Positions 9,650 through 21,890 are shown, counted from the stretch's first letter. The stretch is DNA of 28,785 nt from Octopus sinensis (GCF_006345805.1 NW_021834136.1:1-28785); one strand, 5' to 3'. Program-made: numbers and translations. The notes: generated by a model from the letters alone, not told the origin.

Positions 9650-10994
9650 ATGAAAACTAAGTTGCGAAAGTAAAAGCATATTAGCATGTAAGGATTAAAC
9701 TTGGTGATAACAAAATATGAATACAAAATCTCTATTCATTGTGGTTATTCATACTCATCTTATTATTACTGCAAGGCTTTTTTGGCAATCTCTTCTGCAC
9801 AGCGTCTGGAATATATCTCATCAAGCTCCGGTAGTATTCTGTAATTAGGTTTCAGTCCCATCGGCCTTGATAGCGTTTTTCCATTACTTTTACCTCTTGA
9901 AAGCGTTCACCTTGTTCTTCGCTAATATCATCCAGGTTCTCTAGAAATTCGCCCAAGTAACTCTGTAAGTAGTGCAATTGAATGCTCATTCTACATCCAA
10001 GTGGTTGCAAACTCAAGAGCAGCTTTTCCAAAATCTCTTGATAGTTATCAGATTTCCTGTTCTCAAGGAAATCAGCATTACATCAGAGAAGGCATTCCAA
10101 GCTCTAGCCTCAGCCGCATTCATTGTTGTAACATAGTGTGGAACCTGAGGAGTGTTCGTATTTGAGATCCATCAAATATTCCTCCTTTCTTCTAGTCATT
10201 GAGACTTGGATAAGTTGCACATGTATATCTAAAGAAGTCTCTGTTGATCAAGAGCTTTGATTAATTACTTCTTTACAACAGTTTTCAACATAAGTTTTGC
10301 AAATTTGTGGGGAGCCCAGGTTTTGTCATGTTCTCCGAGTGCTACATAAAGTAAGCCTTCTAGACAAAGTTATTAATGTTGCGCTTTTGAACCAGTGGAG
10401 AGCAGTTTCCACTGACGTAACAGAAGATAACGGAGTCATTACAGCACGTTTTTTTATGTATCCTTAACTAGATCACAGTAATTCAGTTCACATCTGAAAA
10501 GAGAGAATGGGTTTTAAAGCTAAACCCAGCTCGAACATATTCAAAATTAGCATGACAAACCAGTCGAAATTCCCGCAAATAGTGGTATAAAGTTAACGTT
10601 TGGTATGTTACGGGTAAATAAAACTATATACCGATGGCACAAAAATCTGATGTGATACAGCAAACCTGGGGCCAGTTTTGGAATCAGCATAGAAAAATTA
10701 GTCTAAAAACTAACATTTTATTTAGGGCTCGAGCTGGCAGAATCATTAGCACGCCGGGCGAAATGCTTTGCGGTATTTCGTCTGACGCTACGTTCTGAGT
10801 TCAAATTCCGTGGACCTTGCCTTTCATCCTTTCGGGGTCGATTAAATAAGTACCAGTTATGCACTGGGATCGATGAAATCGACTTAATCCCTTGGTCTGT
10901 CCTTGTTTGCCCTCTCTATGTTTAGCATCCTGTCGGCAATAAAGAAATAAATATTTTATGCCAGAGAATAAAAGTTTTATTTCGTTAACCAGTG
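9650..10994 (-). mobile_element. Internally deleted Chapaev3-type (CMC superfamily) DNA transposon
   Basis: Minus-strand remnants of the N-terminal domain (CCNDSVIFCYVSG...KRNINNFV*KAYF...DKTWAPHK) are joined to the C-terminal catalytic part (KALD...GGIFDGSQIRTLL...AWNAF...LGCRMSIQLHYLQSYLGEFLENLDDISEEQGERFQ...MEKRYQGRWD). Candidate terminus CACTGGTTAAC at 10994-10984. Family assignment is from remembered consensus motifs. Confidence 0.85.
10725..10950 (+). mobile_element. SINE family C, nested in the 5' terminal region of the Chapaev3-type element
   Basis: Degenerate tRNA-like head (GAGCTGGCAGAATCATTAGCAC...GTTCTGAGTTCAAATTCC), central CCTTTCATCCTTTCGGGGTCGATTAAATAAGTACCAG block and A-rich tail. 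ATTTTAT on both flanks (10715-10721, 10953-10959) may be a TSD. Confidence 0.85.
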
Positions 10995-11258
10995 CAATTC
11001 ATACATATCAAATCTTTATAATTTAACACTTTCATTCTGATTGTCCGTATTGTACTGATACAAGAAAATAAACACATTTACAATGTACATTTTATATCCA
11101 TCAGTACCAAAACGGAAGCACATATTTTAAAGCGTAATCATTTAAAAGGAATTTAGTAGGAAATTTTTTATTGAGTAAAAGTGCGTAAAAGGACATGAGT
11201 TAAGTGTTGCCTTATGAAGTCATGAAAACTTATGAATACCATGCCTTAAATATACATT

Positions 11259-11261
<3 letters not shown>

Positions 11262-11323
<62 letters not shown>

Positions 11324-11332
11324 TATGTATTG

Positions 11333-11364
<32 letters not shown>

Positions 11365-11638
11365 AATATATATATATAATATATATATATATACGTGTAT
11401 ATATATATGTGCATAGATCTACTTTCCAATATCTATCTAACAATCTATTCAGTAATCTCTCAGTTTCATGTTAAATGGTTATGTATGTGAATTCGCAGAA
11501 AAACAAATAATCATATATGTGTGTGTGTGAGTGTACCGGCACATGTCTTTGTATATATATATATGATATATAGATATATATATATATAAATATATATATA
11601 TATAATATATATATTATTATATTATATACATTACAATA

Positions 11639-11715
<77 letters not shown>

Positions 11716-11716
11716 T

Positions 11717-11760
<44 letters not shown>

Positions 11761-11781
11761 CATATGCACATATATAATATA

Positions 11782-11820
<39 letters not shown>
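11262..11820. repeat. Cluster of long (AT)n microsatellites
   Basis: Two long imperfect AT runs (~11262-11408, ~11550-11820). A further run lies at ~12020-12100. Confidence 0.95.
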
Positions 11821-11822
<2 letters not shown>

Positions 11823-12026
11823 TAATACACACTATATATGAGAGAGCTGAGAGAGGCGGAAAAGAAAAAGTGTTAGAAAAGTTGAAAAGAAACAGAAATA
11901 TTTCAGAGCGTATAAAAATATGTTTGTATTGGAATATACATGTGTATATATATTATAATATAATATACATAATATATATACATATATATATACATATATA
12001 TATAAATATATATTATATATACATAG

Positions 12027-12101
<75 letters not shown>

Positions 12102-12657
12102 GTATTCGTATGTAGGAACGTGCGTGTATTCGCATGTGTAAGAGAGAAAAGAAGAGGAAGAATAAATACAGGTAAGTAAAATAAATATCAGAAAACAGGA
12201 ATCGAAAAATCACTTAATTCTCTCTCTCTCTCTGTTTCTCACCCTATCTCTCTCTCTCTCTCACTACACACACACACGCACACACACCACACACACACAC
12301 ACATACACACAGATGTATATTAGAGAATTATTTATACTTTCATGGTCTTTTATTTAGTTCATCTCACTATTTTTTTTTCTTTTTGTGTATTAATATTTTT
12401 CTCCTCACATCTTGTAAATAATTTGTTTTCAAATACTTTTCGTGACGTCGATAGGGGACCTAAAGTTTCCACAAATATGAAGGAAAATATCAACTCTGTC
12501 ACTAATAAACAAATTAAAAAAATATAAAATTCTTTGCAGGAATTTAGAGGTCATGTATGAATGTCGAAGCATGAAATATATTGCATGTGTATGTGACTGT
12601 GTGTCTGCGTGCTTTTCTGTGTTTGTGTATAAGCATATATGTGTATGTGTGTTTGTG

Positions 12658-12694
<37 letters not shown>

Positions 12695-13339
12695 TATATA
12701 TATACTACCATACATATACATACATAATACATACATATATGCACAACCACATATTATATATATATATATACATTATTTATATGCATATATATATATGATG
12801 TATAAAAAATGTAATATACAAATAAATATCTGTAAATATAAACCATCCGATTTTCTGAGTACCTCATTTCTTCTAAATATATATATATATTATATATATA
12901 TATATATACGTGTGTGTGTTATGTTTGTGTAACATGTAGAAATGTGTATGCATACATGTGGAGTTAGGAAAAGGAAGTGGGTGATTAATGGAGAAAGAAA
13001 TACGATATGTGTATATAAAACTAAATTCATAATGCTTCTTTCCACGCATATATGTATGCGTATGTGTGTGTGTGGGTGTGTCAGTGCGTGTTTGTGTGTA
13101 TGTAAGTATGCATGCTTGATTGCATGCATGTATGTATGTATTCGTACGCATGATTGTGAAAAATGCTTGTATTTATGTATATAGATATATATGTGTGTGT
13201 GTGTGTGCGTAAATGCGTGTGCGCTGTTGCGAGCGTGTGTGTGCGCGTTCAATTAAAGTAATGCTCTTTCGCGTTTATTCATCTATGCTGTTTCATTTGA
13301 CTTTCTCTTGTATATCCATATTTATATAAGTATTATGCA

Positions 13340-14105
13340 GTTCTCAACTGCTGGGAGCTGACATACCAACTGTCTATATTAATGACTCTCCAACCATGCC
13401 AGCAAGTGAAATGTTAAAAGAATGTTTTCAACTCATATATGTATCTAAAGTAAATACACGTAATTCAAAAACACGTTTTGTGTAGCTTATTTCATAACCA
13501 AAAAAACGGGTACAGATTATAAACAATAAAAGGCCGAATTTGTGGAATCCTTCGGCAGAGGTTGTACAGAGCCAAGCCGATGATAAATCTGACCTTGGAT
13601 CTCTAAAGTTTGCATGAATCCTGGCTCAGTTAAATATGTTGTGGATCCAAATGAGGGCATTTGTAGTGCAGCGCTATATTGTGTATTTTTTTTTAGAAGT
13701 GCTTGGAATTTTGGTCAGCTGATGACAACAATTTCTTCAATGGCCCTGGAGGTTTGAGGATTCCAGCGAGTTTAACCTTTCCACCACTGCAATACAGGCC
13801 ACTCTCTTGCTTCACAATAATATATTCACTCAGTTGTCATTGCACCAATGGAAAGTTGCTTCATAGAAGTGGCTTCTCTAAGCTGTTGCAACTGCTCTTC
13901 GTTCTGCAGAGGAGATCGTATTCTTTGTCAGCCGTGCATACCTCTGTTTATCACTTTGAGATGCTCTTTCTTTTGCAGTGCACAGTCCGTCCATTTTTTT
14001 TGATATTCTTCCTTTTCTGCAGATGTTTCTATTTCCCTGGTGAGAATCATTCTTTTGGATGACCTTGACATTGTAGCCAAATTTGACACTTTCCTTCTAG
14101 GCATG
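13340..14105 (-). mobile_element. Helitron Rep/Helicase N-terminal remnant (frameshifted, internally deleted)
   Basis: The minus strand starts MPRRKVSNLATMSRSSKRMILTRE. Across frameshifts it continues ...YCSGGKVKL...PPGPLKKLL...SKHF...YSAALQMPSFG...FMQTLEIQGQIYHRLGSVQPLP, matching the Helitron CC.NGKV.L and YN..FQMTSFG...IQGQ.YH..GSL.P motifs. Core is 13510-14105; extension to ~13340 (VGMSAPS) is weaker. Confidence 0.85.
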
Positions 14106-14189
14106 GTTATATACGTATACAAAAATACTCGAGTGCAGAGGATAGTAAACAATGAAAATAACTGGGTATGGAAATTATATTTCTTAATA

Positions 14190-14580
14190 CGACGGGCTGA
14201 AAGTAAATGAGAAAATTTTACGGAAAATTAAGAATTGTAATGGTTGAAGCGAAATTTGTCTCTTAGTTAACCAAAGATCTAGCATGGAAGGAACCAGAAA
14301 GAAGCCGTTAACAACAGAAAAATACAAAACCATTGCAAAAGTAAATAAGGAATTTTTACGGAAATTAACTAAGTGTACGGATTTAAGTGAAATTTTTGAC
14401 GTTACTTCTGTTAATAAATTATGAACTCACTTTCATCAGTAGTCCCGTCAACAACAAATAAACATAAAACGTTGCAAAAGTAAATAAAATTGTAGGCAAA
14501 TTTAACGCAGTGTACGGACTGAAGTGAAATTCATAAAGTTACTTCTGTCAGTAAACTATATATGAAAATACTTTCATCAT
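14190..14580. repeat. About three diverged ~139-bp tandem units upstream of the Helitron ORF
   Basis: TTTTACGG recurs at ~14216 and ~14354, AACAAC unit starts at 14310 and 14450, and TTGCAAAAGTAAATAA occurs at ~14333 and ~14472. Confidence 0.8.
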
Positions 14581-14880
14581 AATTGTGAACCTCTTTCTGT
14601 CAGTAATTTGTCGTTGTTGTTTGTAGATAGTGATTGAAAACTTACAGTGAAAACAATAATGATTGAACTTAAAGAGAAAACAACAGAGTCTGAGAAATGT
14701 ATGTAAAAACAATTGCGTGAGTGAGATGTAGAGAGAGGGAAAGAGAGAGCTAGTTAGACAAATAGAATATATATAGATACATAGATAAGATACAAACAGA
14801 GAGATGGATAGAGAGATATAGAGATATATAGAGAGATAGAGATTGATAGAGAGAGATAGACAGGTATATACGGCACTGAC

Positions 14881-15174
14881 ATTATTTTGTGTAACGCCTG
14901 GTACTTTATCAATCTCTTTCTTTTGTCGAACAACTAGATTACGGAGATGCAGACACACAAACGCCGGTTCCCAAGCATTTGGAGTGGGGACAGACACAAA
15001 GACACACACACAGATGTATACACATACGACGGGCTGCTTTCAATTTCCGTCCATTCACAAGGCTCTGGTCAGCCCGAGGTTATAGTAGAAAACACTTGCC
15101 CAATGTTCTACGCAATGGGATTGAATCTGGAACCATGTAACTGGGAAACAGACTGCATGCCACACAGCCACACC
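14881..15174 (-). mobile_element. SINE family A copy (antisense)
   Basis: Reverse complement reads GGTGTGGCTGTGTGG...CATTGGGCAAGTGTTTTCTACTATAACCTCGGGCTGACC...GAAAGCAGCCCGTCGTATG, collinear with the other copies. Confidence 0.88.
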
Positions 15175-15175
15175 T

Positions 15176-15449
15176 AGTTCTGGGTTCAGTCTCACTGCGT
15201 GACACCTTCTTCGTGTGTCTTCTACTATAGCCTCGGATCGACCATAGCCTTGCGAGTGGATTTAGTAGACGGAAACTGAGAGAAGCCTTCCTGTACACAG
15301 ACACACACAAACATATATATTTATGTGTGTGTATTTTTCTGTGTGTGTCTTTGTGCCTGTGCGTTTACATACCCGTAAGTTAGCTATTCGGCCTAAGAGT
15401 CCGATAGAATCAGTACTAGGCTTACCTGGGGTCAATTTCTGCGACTAAA
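15176..15449 (+). mobile_element. SINE family A copy, 5'-truncated, head-to-head with the preceding copy
   Basis: GTTCTGGGTTCAGTCTCACTGCG...CTTCTACTATAGCCTCGG...GTAGACGGAAACTGAGAGAAGCC...GATAGAATCAGTACTAGGCTTAC. Confidence 0.88.
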
Positions 15450-15479
15450 TCCCTTTAACATAGTACTCTTTGCAATGGT

Positions 15480-16320
15480 CATTCTTATACTTTTGATGAA
15501 GGATGGAGTTCAACATGACTGCCTTGTTTTGAGCTTCTTGCCGTGATGTAGGTTTATCTAAGACCTTGGACGACATCAGGGATCAAGTTGTTTCTTGAAA
15601 ACATCTTCTTCTAGATCTCTCAGATGTTTTGGTAAGATATTAAACAGCCATGGTCCCTTGCAGTTCAAGGTCCTCAAGACGAGATAGCTGGGACATTTGG
15701 AACAATGCTATGACGTCCAGCTCGGGGGCTTGTATAGCTCTCGGTGCCAAAATTTGGTACCAATCCCTCCAGGATATTCCATACGTATATCACTGCATGT
15801 GTCTCCCATCGTCATTCCATGGAGTAGAGTCGTAGCTTCTTCAGTTTTCCCATTAACTCAGCTTTCCTATTGATGCAGTCTTTCTGGTGTAGCACCGCTG
15901 ATCTACCTTAATTTCCGCTATTATTTTGACTCTGTGGTGTGACCAAATTTGAGAGCAGTTTTCTAGCTAGCCGATGGTCTTCCATAGAACAAGCATAGTT
16001 TCCTGGTCTCTTGTGAAAGTTTTCAGAATTCATTCAGCCATTCGCCAATACATTGTCACCATCTTCGTGATATACAAGTGAAAGAAGGCGTTATTGATCA
16101 TATCAATCCCTAAATCACGCACTGTAAGTGACTCTGGGATTGCCGCTCCTTCTGGGCCCTAAAATTATTGTTGCGGAATATTAGCACAAGCTAGCTGATA
16201 GAAAGGGGCTTGGAATTTCCCTGCATTAAATTGCATGTTGTTATCTTCAGCCCATTTATAAATGGCATTTCGGTCTTTCTGTAGAAGTTTAGCATCGGAA
16301 GGTTCCTTGATTGCTTGTAC
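15480..16320 (-). mobile_element. CR1/L2-type LINE, 3' part of the RT ORF (decayed)
   Basis: Minus strand: IYKWAEDNNMQFNAGKFQ...VRDLGI...KTFTRDQETMLVLWKT...LENCSQIWS...LRLYSMERRW...VIYVWNILEGLVPNFG...KGPWLFNILPKHLRD...FKKQLD, with stops and frameshifts. Confidence 0.88.
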
Positions 16321-16401
16321 TACTTATGTGTCGTCGGCATAGCTAATAAGTGTGGCTGTCTGTATAACAGATGGCATGTCCGAAAAATCCACCGTAAACG
16401 A

Positions 16402-16446
<45 letters not shown>

Positions 16447-16720
16447 AAACATACACTCAAACATACACACATACACACACATTCACGCACACACACACAC
16501 ACGTAAGCACGTGCGTGTATATGTTTATGCGTTTGCAAGTATTACTTTGTAGGATTCTATTTATGTAAGCACACGGTGCCACACACAAAGACACATAGAT
16601 ACAAATACAGACAACTTATACGTAACATATTCACACAGATGCACATGGAACGAAAATGTAGGTGTACGTATCTACGTACATACGTATCCATCGCCTCTAT
16701 GTACATATGATGTGTCTGTA

Positions 16721-16785
16721 TGTTTGTGTTTGTGTGTGTGTGTGTGTGTTTAAGTGTGTGTTTGTGTGTGTGTGTGTGTGTGTTT

Positions 16786-16819
<34 letters not shown>

Positions 16820-17109
16820 AAGGTGTGTTGTGTGTTGTTAAGTGTGTGTGTGTGTGTGTGGTGTGTGTGTTTAAGTGTGTGTGTTGTGTGGGTGTGTGTT
16901 TAAGTGTGGTGTTTGTGGTGTGGTGTGTGTGTGTTGTGTGTGTTTAAGTGTTGTGGTGTGTGTGGGTGTGTGTGTGTGTTTTTTAGGTGTGTTGTGGTGT
17001 GTGTGTGTTTAAGTGTTGTGTTGTGTGTGTGTGTGTGTGTGTGTTTAAGTGTGTGTGTGTGTGTGTGTTGTGTGTTTAAGTGTGGGTGTGTGGTGTGTGT
17101 TTGTGTGTT

Positions 17110-17147
<38 letters not shown>

Positions 17148-17353
17148 AATGTGTGTTTGTGTGTGTGTGTGTGGGTGTTGTAAGTGTTGTGTTTGTGTGT
17201 GTGTGTGTGTGTGTTTAAAAGTGGTGTGTGTGTGTGTGTGTGTTTAAGTGTGTGGTGTTGTGTGTTGTGTGTGGTGTGTGGTGTGTAAGTGTGTGTGTGA
17301 TGTGTGTGTGTGGGTGTGTTTAAGTGTGGTGTGTGTGTGTGTTGTGTGTGTTT

Positions 17354-17387
<34 letters not shown>

Positions 17388-17422
17388 AAGTGTGTGGTGG
17401 GTGTGTGGTGTGGTGTTTAAGT

Positions 17423-17485
<63 letters not shown>

Positions 17486-17570
17486 TGGTGTGTGTGTGTG
17501 TGTGGTGTGTGTGGTGGTGGGTGTGTGTTGTTTTAAGTGTGTGTGTGTGTTGTGTGTGTGTGTGTGTGTT
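16721..17570. repeat. (GT)n array punctuated by TTAA(G) every ~30-35 nt
   Basis: About 20 TTAA-type interruptions in ~850 nt of GT repeat. Confidence 0.9.
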
Positions 17571-17933
17571 GAACTTATGTCTATGCTTGATATTCCTTGT
17601 ATCTTGCCAGCTCTTCATCTTAAATAACTATTTGCTAGTCTATCTATATTCACATACCAAACATAACGAATTTCAACCGAGAATCTACACACGTAAGAAT
17701 GCTTTTAAGCTTTAACTCTGTGGCACAGATGTGTCCTACTCATCTTCTTACGTATGTTTGTCATATTTATTGGTACACAAATATTACTTTTCATCCTTCT
17801 GAAACCGACTTCAAACGTCATGTCACCCTTTAGCATGTATTTCATTTCAAAACAAAAGCTTGTTACGAAAACTGCGATGAAAAGAAAAACAAAATTTACC
17901 TAACAAACACATAATAAAAACATATACATGCGT

Positions 17934-18002
<69 letters not shown>

Positions 18003-18294
18003 CATACAAACATGCATACGTACGTACATAGCTATATACATGCACACACACCACGTACATATGTATGCATACATGCATGTATGTGTGTATATATATATGT
18101 AGGTATATATTTACATACCTATGATTGTATCTTTGAATACATCTATATATCTATAAAATAGGTATATGTGTATGTGTGTGTATGCGAGTGTATGTAAATA
18201 TCTCCGTGTGTGTATACACTGTAAATTATGTACACACACATATATATATGACGACAATATGCCCTCCGCACCCTGCCTGTGTGTATGTATATAT

Positions 18295-18325
<31 letters not shown>

Positions 18326-18340
18326 CTACCTATCTATCTG

Positions 18341-18379
<39 letters not shown>

Positions 18380-18684
18380 CTCTATATATATGCATATATA
18401 TATATATGTATATATGTGTGTGTATATATTATAAATATGCATATGTGCGTATATATATGTATATATATGTTATATTATATATGAGTATATATGGATACAT
18501 ATAATTATGGATTTTTTATAAATATAATTGTATATGTATATATATATATACACATTGATAGATAGATAGATATAGATAGATATATGTAATTATATATACA
18601 TGCATTACTACATACGTATATGCAGACATATTTATTTGAATGTATATGTATATATATACATATTTATATGAATATATATATATC

Positions 18685-18767
<83 letters not shown>

Positions 18768-19184
18768 TGTGGGTGTGTCTTTATGTATGTGTATACAATA
18801 AGAGTAAAACCACATAAAACAAACAAACAAACATAAAAAAGGGCAAGGACATTTGTTCGCTTCCATGTTTATAAATGTTAGATTGATTCTTCTGATTATT
18901 TCCTTCGATATTTCCGTTTCGTTATTGTCTTGTTTGAAAAGCCGTGTTTGTTTGTAGAATTCATCAACAAAACTGAGATTATGATTGGCACTAGGAGTTA
19001 AACGCTCCAACGGAACATTTCAATCTCCTTTTGTTTTTATGTATTATGTTAGTTTGTTCATATCGACGCTGATCGACATACTTTTTTGTTGTTATATTTT
19101 ATTGTATTTGATTGTCCTCACTGTTTTTAAGTTTTGCTATATTTCATATGTTTTTGTTTCGTATGCATTATGGAGAAGACATGT

Positions 19185-19212
19185 ATTGTTGTTTTTGTTG
19201 TTGTTGTTGTTG

Positions 19213-19285
<73 letters not shown>
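19185..19285. repeat. Compound (TTG)n(TTA)n microsatellite
   Basis: Direct inspection; source of the poly-L/C/Y/I ORFs. Confidence 0.95.
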
Positions 19286-19372
19286 TTTATTTACTGAATC
19301 TCACGAGCTTTGTTATATTTTTTATTAGTTCTGTCTATTATATTCGTATGGACGAAGGTATATGATTATGAG

Positions 19373-19403
<31 letters not shown>

Positions 19404-19652
19404 CACACACGCACGCACACACATAAGAAAGCGATATATATATGCATATATATATCGCTTTCTTTTTTTCTCTCATCACACTCATAGATATAATATATAT
19501 ATAATGTATATATATATATATAATAATATATATATATATTATATATTATATATATATATATATTGGTGTATGTATCTATGTACATATGTATCCATTGCAT
19601 ATATGTGTGTATGTGTGTGTACATATGATGTGCCTGTATGTTTGTGTGTGTG

Positions 19653-19707
<55 letters not shown>

Positions 19708-20049
19708 CGTCCTATTTTTCCTCTATTATCCTTGACTTTTCCCCCATGCAATTTGTTCCCCTGAATCATTCGGAATATCTATTTATATTTCGCTGCTTCT
19801 CTTTTGTTCCTTCATCACAACGTTTTAAATAAAGAACATTTTAAAGCGTTCTGTGTTTAATGTTTGTTAAATGACTTACTCTACCTCTAAAATGTTGCAA
19901 TTTTCATTTCACTCATCCTCTTTCTTTCCCAACCCTCTTTTCCTTTTGTCAGACCATATAATGTCAGTAGGACATCCATGGCTGAAACAGTTGGGCCGAC
20001 TATCACGGACTGACGATGTATACCAGCCCGCTTGTGTATTATATCGTCA

Positions 20050-20130
20050 CTAGTACCCACTGGTAAATATTTAATCAACCTCGAAATAACCGAAATAACC
20101 TTGGTGAGGTTTGAACTCAGAGCAGTATCG
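20050..20130 (-). mobile_element. Decayed SINE family C fragment (antisense)
   Basis: Reverse complement GCTCTGAGTTCAAACCTCACCAAGG...TTTCGAGGTTGATTAAATATTTACCAG aligns to the 10725-10950 copy. Confidence 0.65.
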
Positions 20131-20299
20131 AGGTAGTGTAAGTTCGACGCCATTCCGAAGTTTGTTATAGGAGTGCTTTAGCATTATGTTTACTATCTCA
20201 AAATCCTACACAATTCCCTTTCTTTTTATCCCACTCTCTCACTCGTCCTCTCCAATTATATCACTGTTCACCTTGATATTTTACACATCTTTAGTAGTT

Positions 20300-20915
20300 A
20301 ACGCCTGCCTTGGAGACAGATATTTTAAGCAATGTCGTCAAAGCCTTCCCCCTCGTGTCTGGCATACAAATCTCCTTTTAAAACGTCCCACTGGTGAAGC
20401 TCTAACTACCCCTTTATGGATGGGTAGCGTCATATTAGATCACACAACGCCGAAATGTTCATCGAGCTCTTTCTAGTCCTTATTCTTTCATATCCTAGGT
20501 TTAAGTTTTGTCATCGATTTTTTATTCATCACTGATCTATTTGCTGCGACGTCTAATATCGTCTCTATCATGCATTATACAAACTGCATCTTACACACGT
20601 AACCACAAACTGCATGCCAAAAGCCGCACTTATTCCATGAAGAGAGACTTCGAAATAATCCTCCTATGAGGATACCGAAATCATTAAGAATAAAACGCTA
20701 ACGCTACTCATATCAAGCAAACCTCATCACACTGCGCACCACACCATTAATCAAGAACCCACACAACTGAATTATTAGGCTTCTAGCATAGCTAGGATCG
20801 AATCCTCAAAATACTGGTTCTTCTCTTGGAGGAAGAGATATTTCTCTCAAAAACTATCTACGCTCTACAAAGCTCATGTGATGTTCGCATTAGAGTATTG
20901 TTCTCATATTTGCGA
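20300..20915 (+). mobile_element. CR1-type LINE reverse transcriptase remnant (heavily decayed)
   Basis: Plus-strand pieces VKAF.RVWHTNLLLK (DISKAFDRVWH motif), FLFITDL (FLLFINDL motif) and KRYFSQKLSTLYKAHVMFALEYCSHI (TLYK.....LEYCSHIW motif) occur in the expected order. Confidence 0.75.
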
Positions 20916-20921
20916 CGTTGC

Positions 20922-21270
20922 TTAGGCGGCGAGCTACCCAAATATTTTGTGTCGGAAGAAATGCTCTACAGTATTTCTTTCTGCTCCAATATTTCTTTCT
21001 GGTAATAAGTATAAGTAATTTTTAATCGAAAAAATTTCTAAACGATGAACTTTTATCTTACCTTATATATCATTTATTTATATGTTTTCTATATATATGT
21101 ATTTTTATATCTTTTTATATATCTATATATTTATATATTTCTTTATATTTTTATGTACTTATTATTCTAGATGTTGTAATGTTAAAATATATATTCTGAA
21201 TTCAATTCTTACCGAGGTCAGCTTTCATCTTTTCGAAGTTTAGTACTGGGGTCGATGTAAACAACTTCTC
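20922..21270 (+). mobile_element. Old SINE family C copy split by a ~200-bp insertion
   Basis: The 5' part GGCGGCGAGCT...GAAATGCT...GTATTTC (~20922-20992) and the 3' part CTGAATTCAATT...CGAGGTCAGCTTTCATCTTTTCG...CTGGGGTCGATGTAA (~21196-21270) are collinear with the 10725 copy. Confidence 0.7.
21017..21195. repeat. 179-bp inverted repeat, arm 1 (partner 22106-22284)
   Basis: Manual alignment to the reverse complement of 22106-22284 gives 177/179 identity with no gaps. Confidence 0.95.
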
Positions 21271-21824
21271 TCAAAATATTTCAAATGTTAGAAAGAATAT
21301 CTGGGATGTTGCTCATTCTGCATACACAGCGTTCTTCCCCGAATCTTAATTCAGCCCAAAAGGCTGACTGGCGTAAACTTAGTCATAGAGAAGCTGAAAT
21401 CACCGGCCTTCACTTTCGCTGTTTTCTCTTTTCACCTTTTCTGTCACTACTATAACGGCTAATATTGTTCGATGTTTGATGTTATAATTCTCCCTTCATT
21501 CAGGTATTCGCATCATTTTCACTACTCTCTCTCTCTCTTTCTCTCTCTCTCTTTTTCTCTCTCTCTCTCATTACACATGTGTCCAACACAGACCCTGCGC
21601 TATTCACTAGAACTAGTGCTTCCTTCGTAGAGAGTTTGTACTTTGTAACATTGTCACTGCTCTTGTTCCCTCATAAATCTTTATTTAATTTTCAGGAAGA
21701 ACATTAATAGCACTTAATTTATTAGTCAGGAAGGATCTCTGAAAGCCATGGACACGTACCCAATCTCGAGACTGAAATAATATATACATACAAACACACT
21801 CATACATGCATCCATCCATCCATC

Positions 21825-21890
<66 letters not shown>

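Noticed and set aside
14190-14580. Regularly spaced repeats considered as CRISPR-like
   Set aside because: The units are contiguous and diverged tandem copies with no unique spacers, the context is eukaryotic, and there are no cas genes.
18684-19010. 108-aa minus-strand ORF (ERLTPSANHNLSFVDEFYKQ...)
   Set aside because: TTG start right after a stop, no splice signals, runs into microsatellite, and overlaps the repeat-end motif AGAGTAAAACCAC.
19953-20062. Plus-strand candidate exon with a strong pyrimidine tract
   Set aside because: Stops in all three frames, and the donor falls in an antisense SINE remnant. It could only be non-coding.
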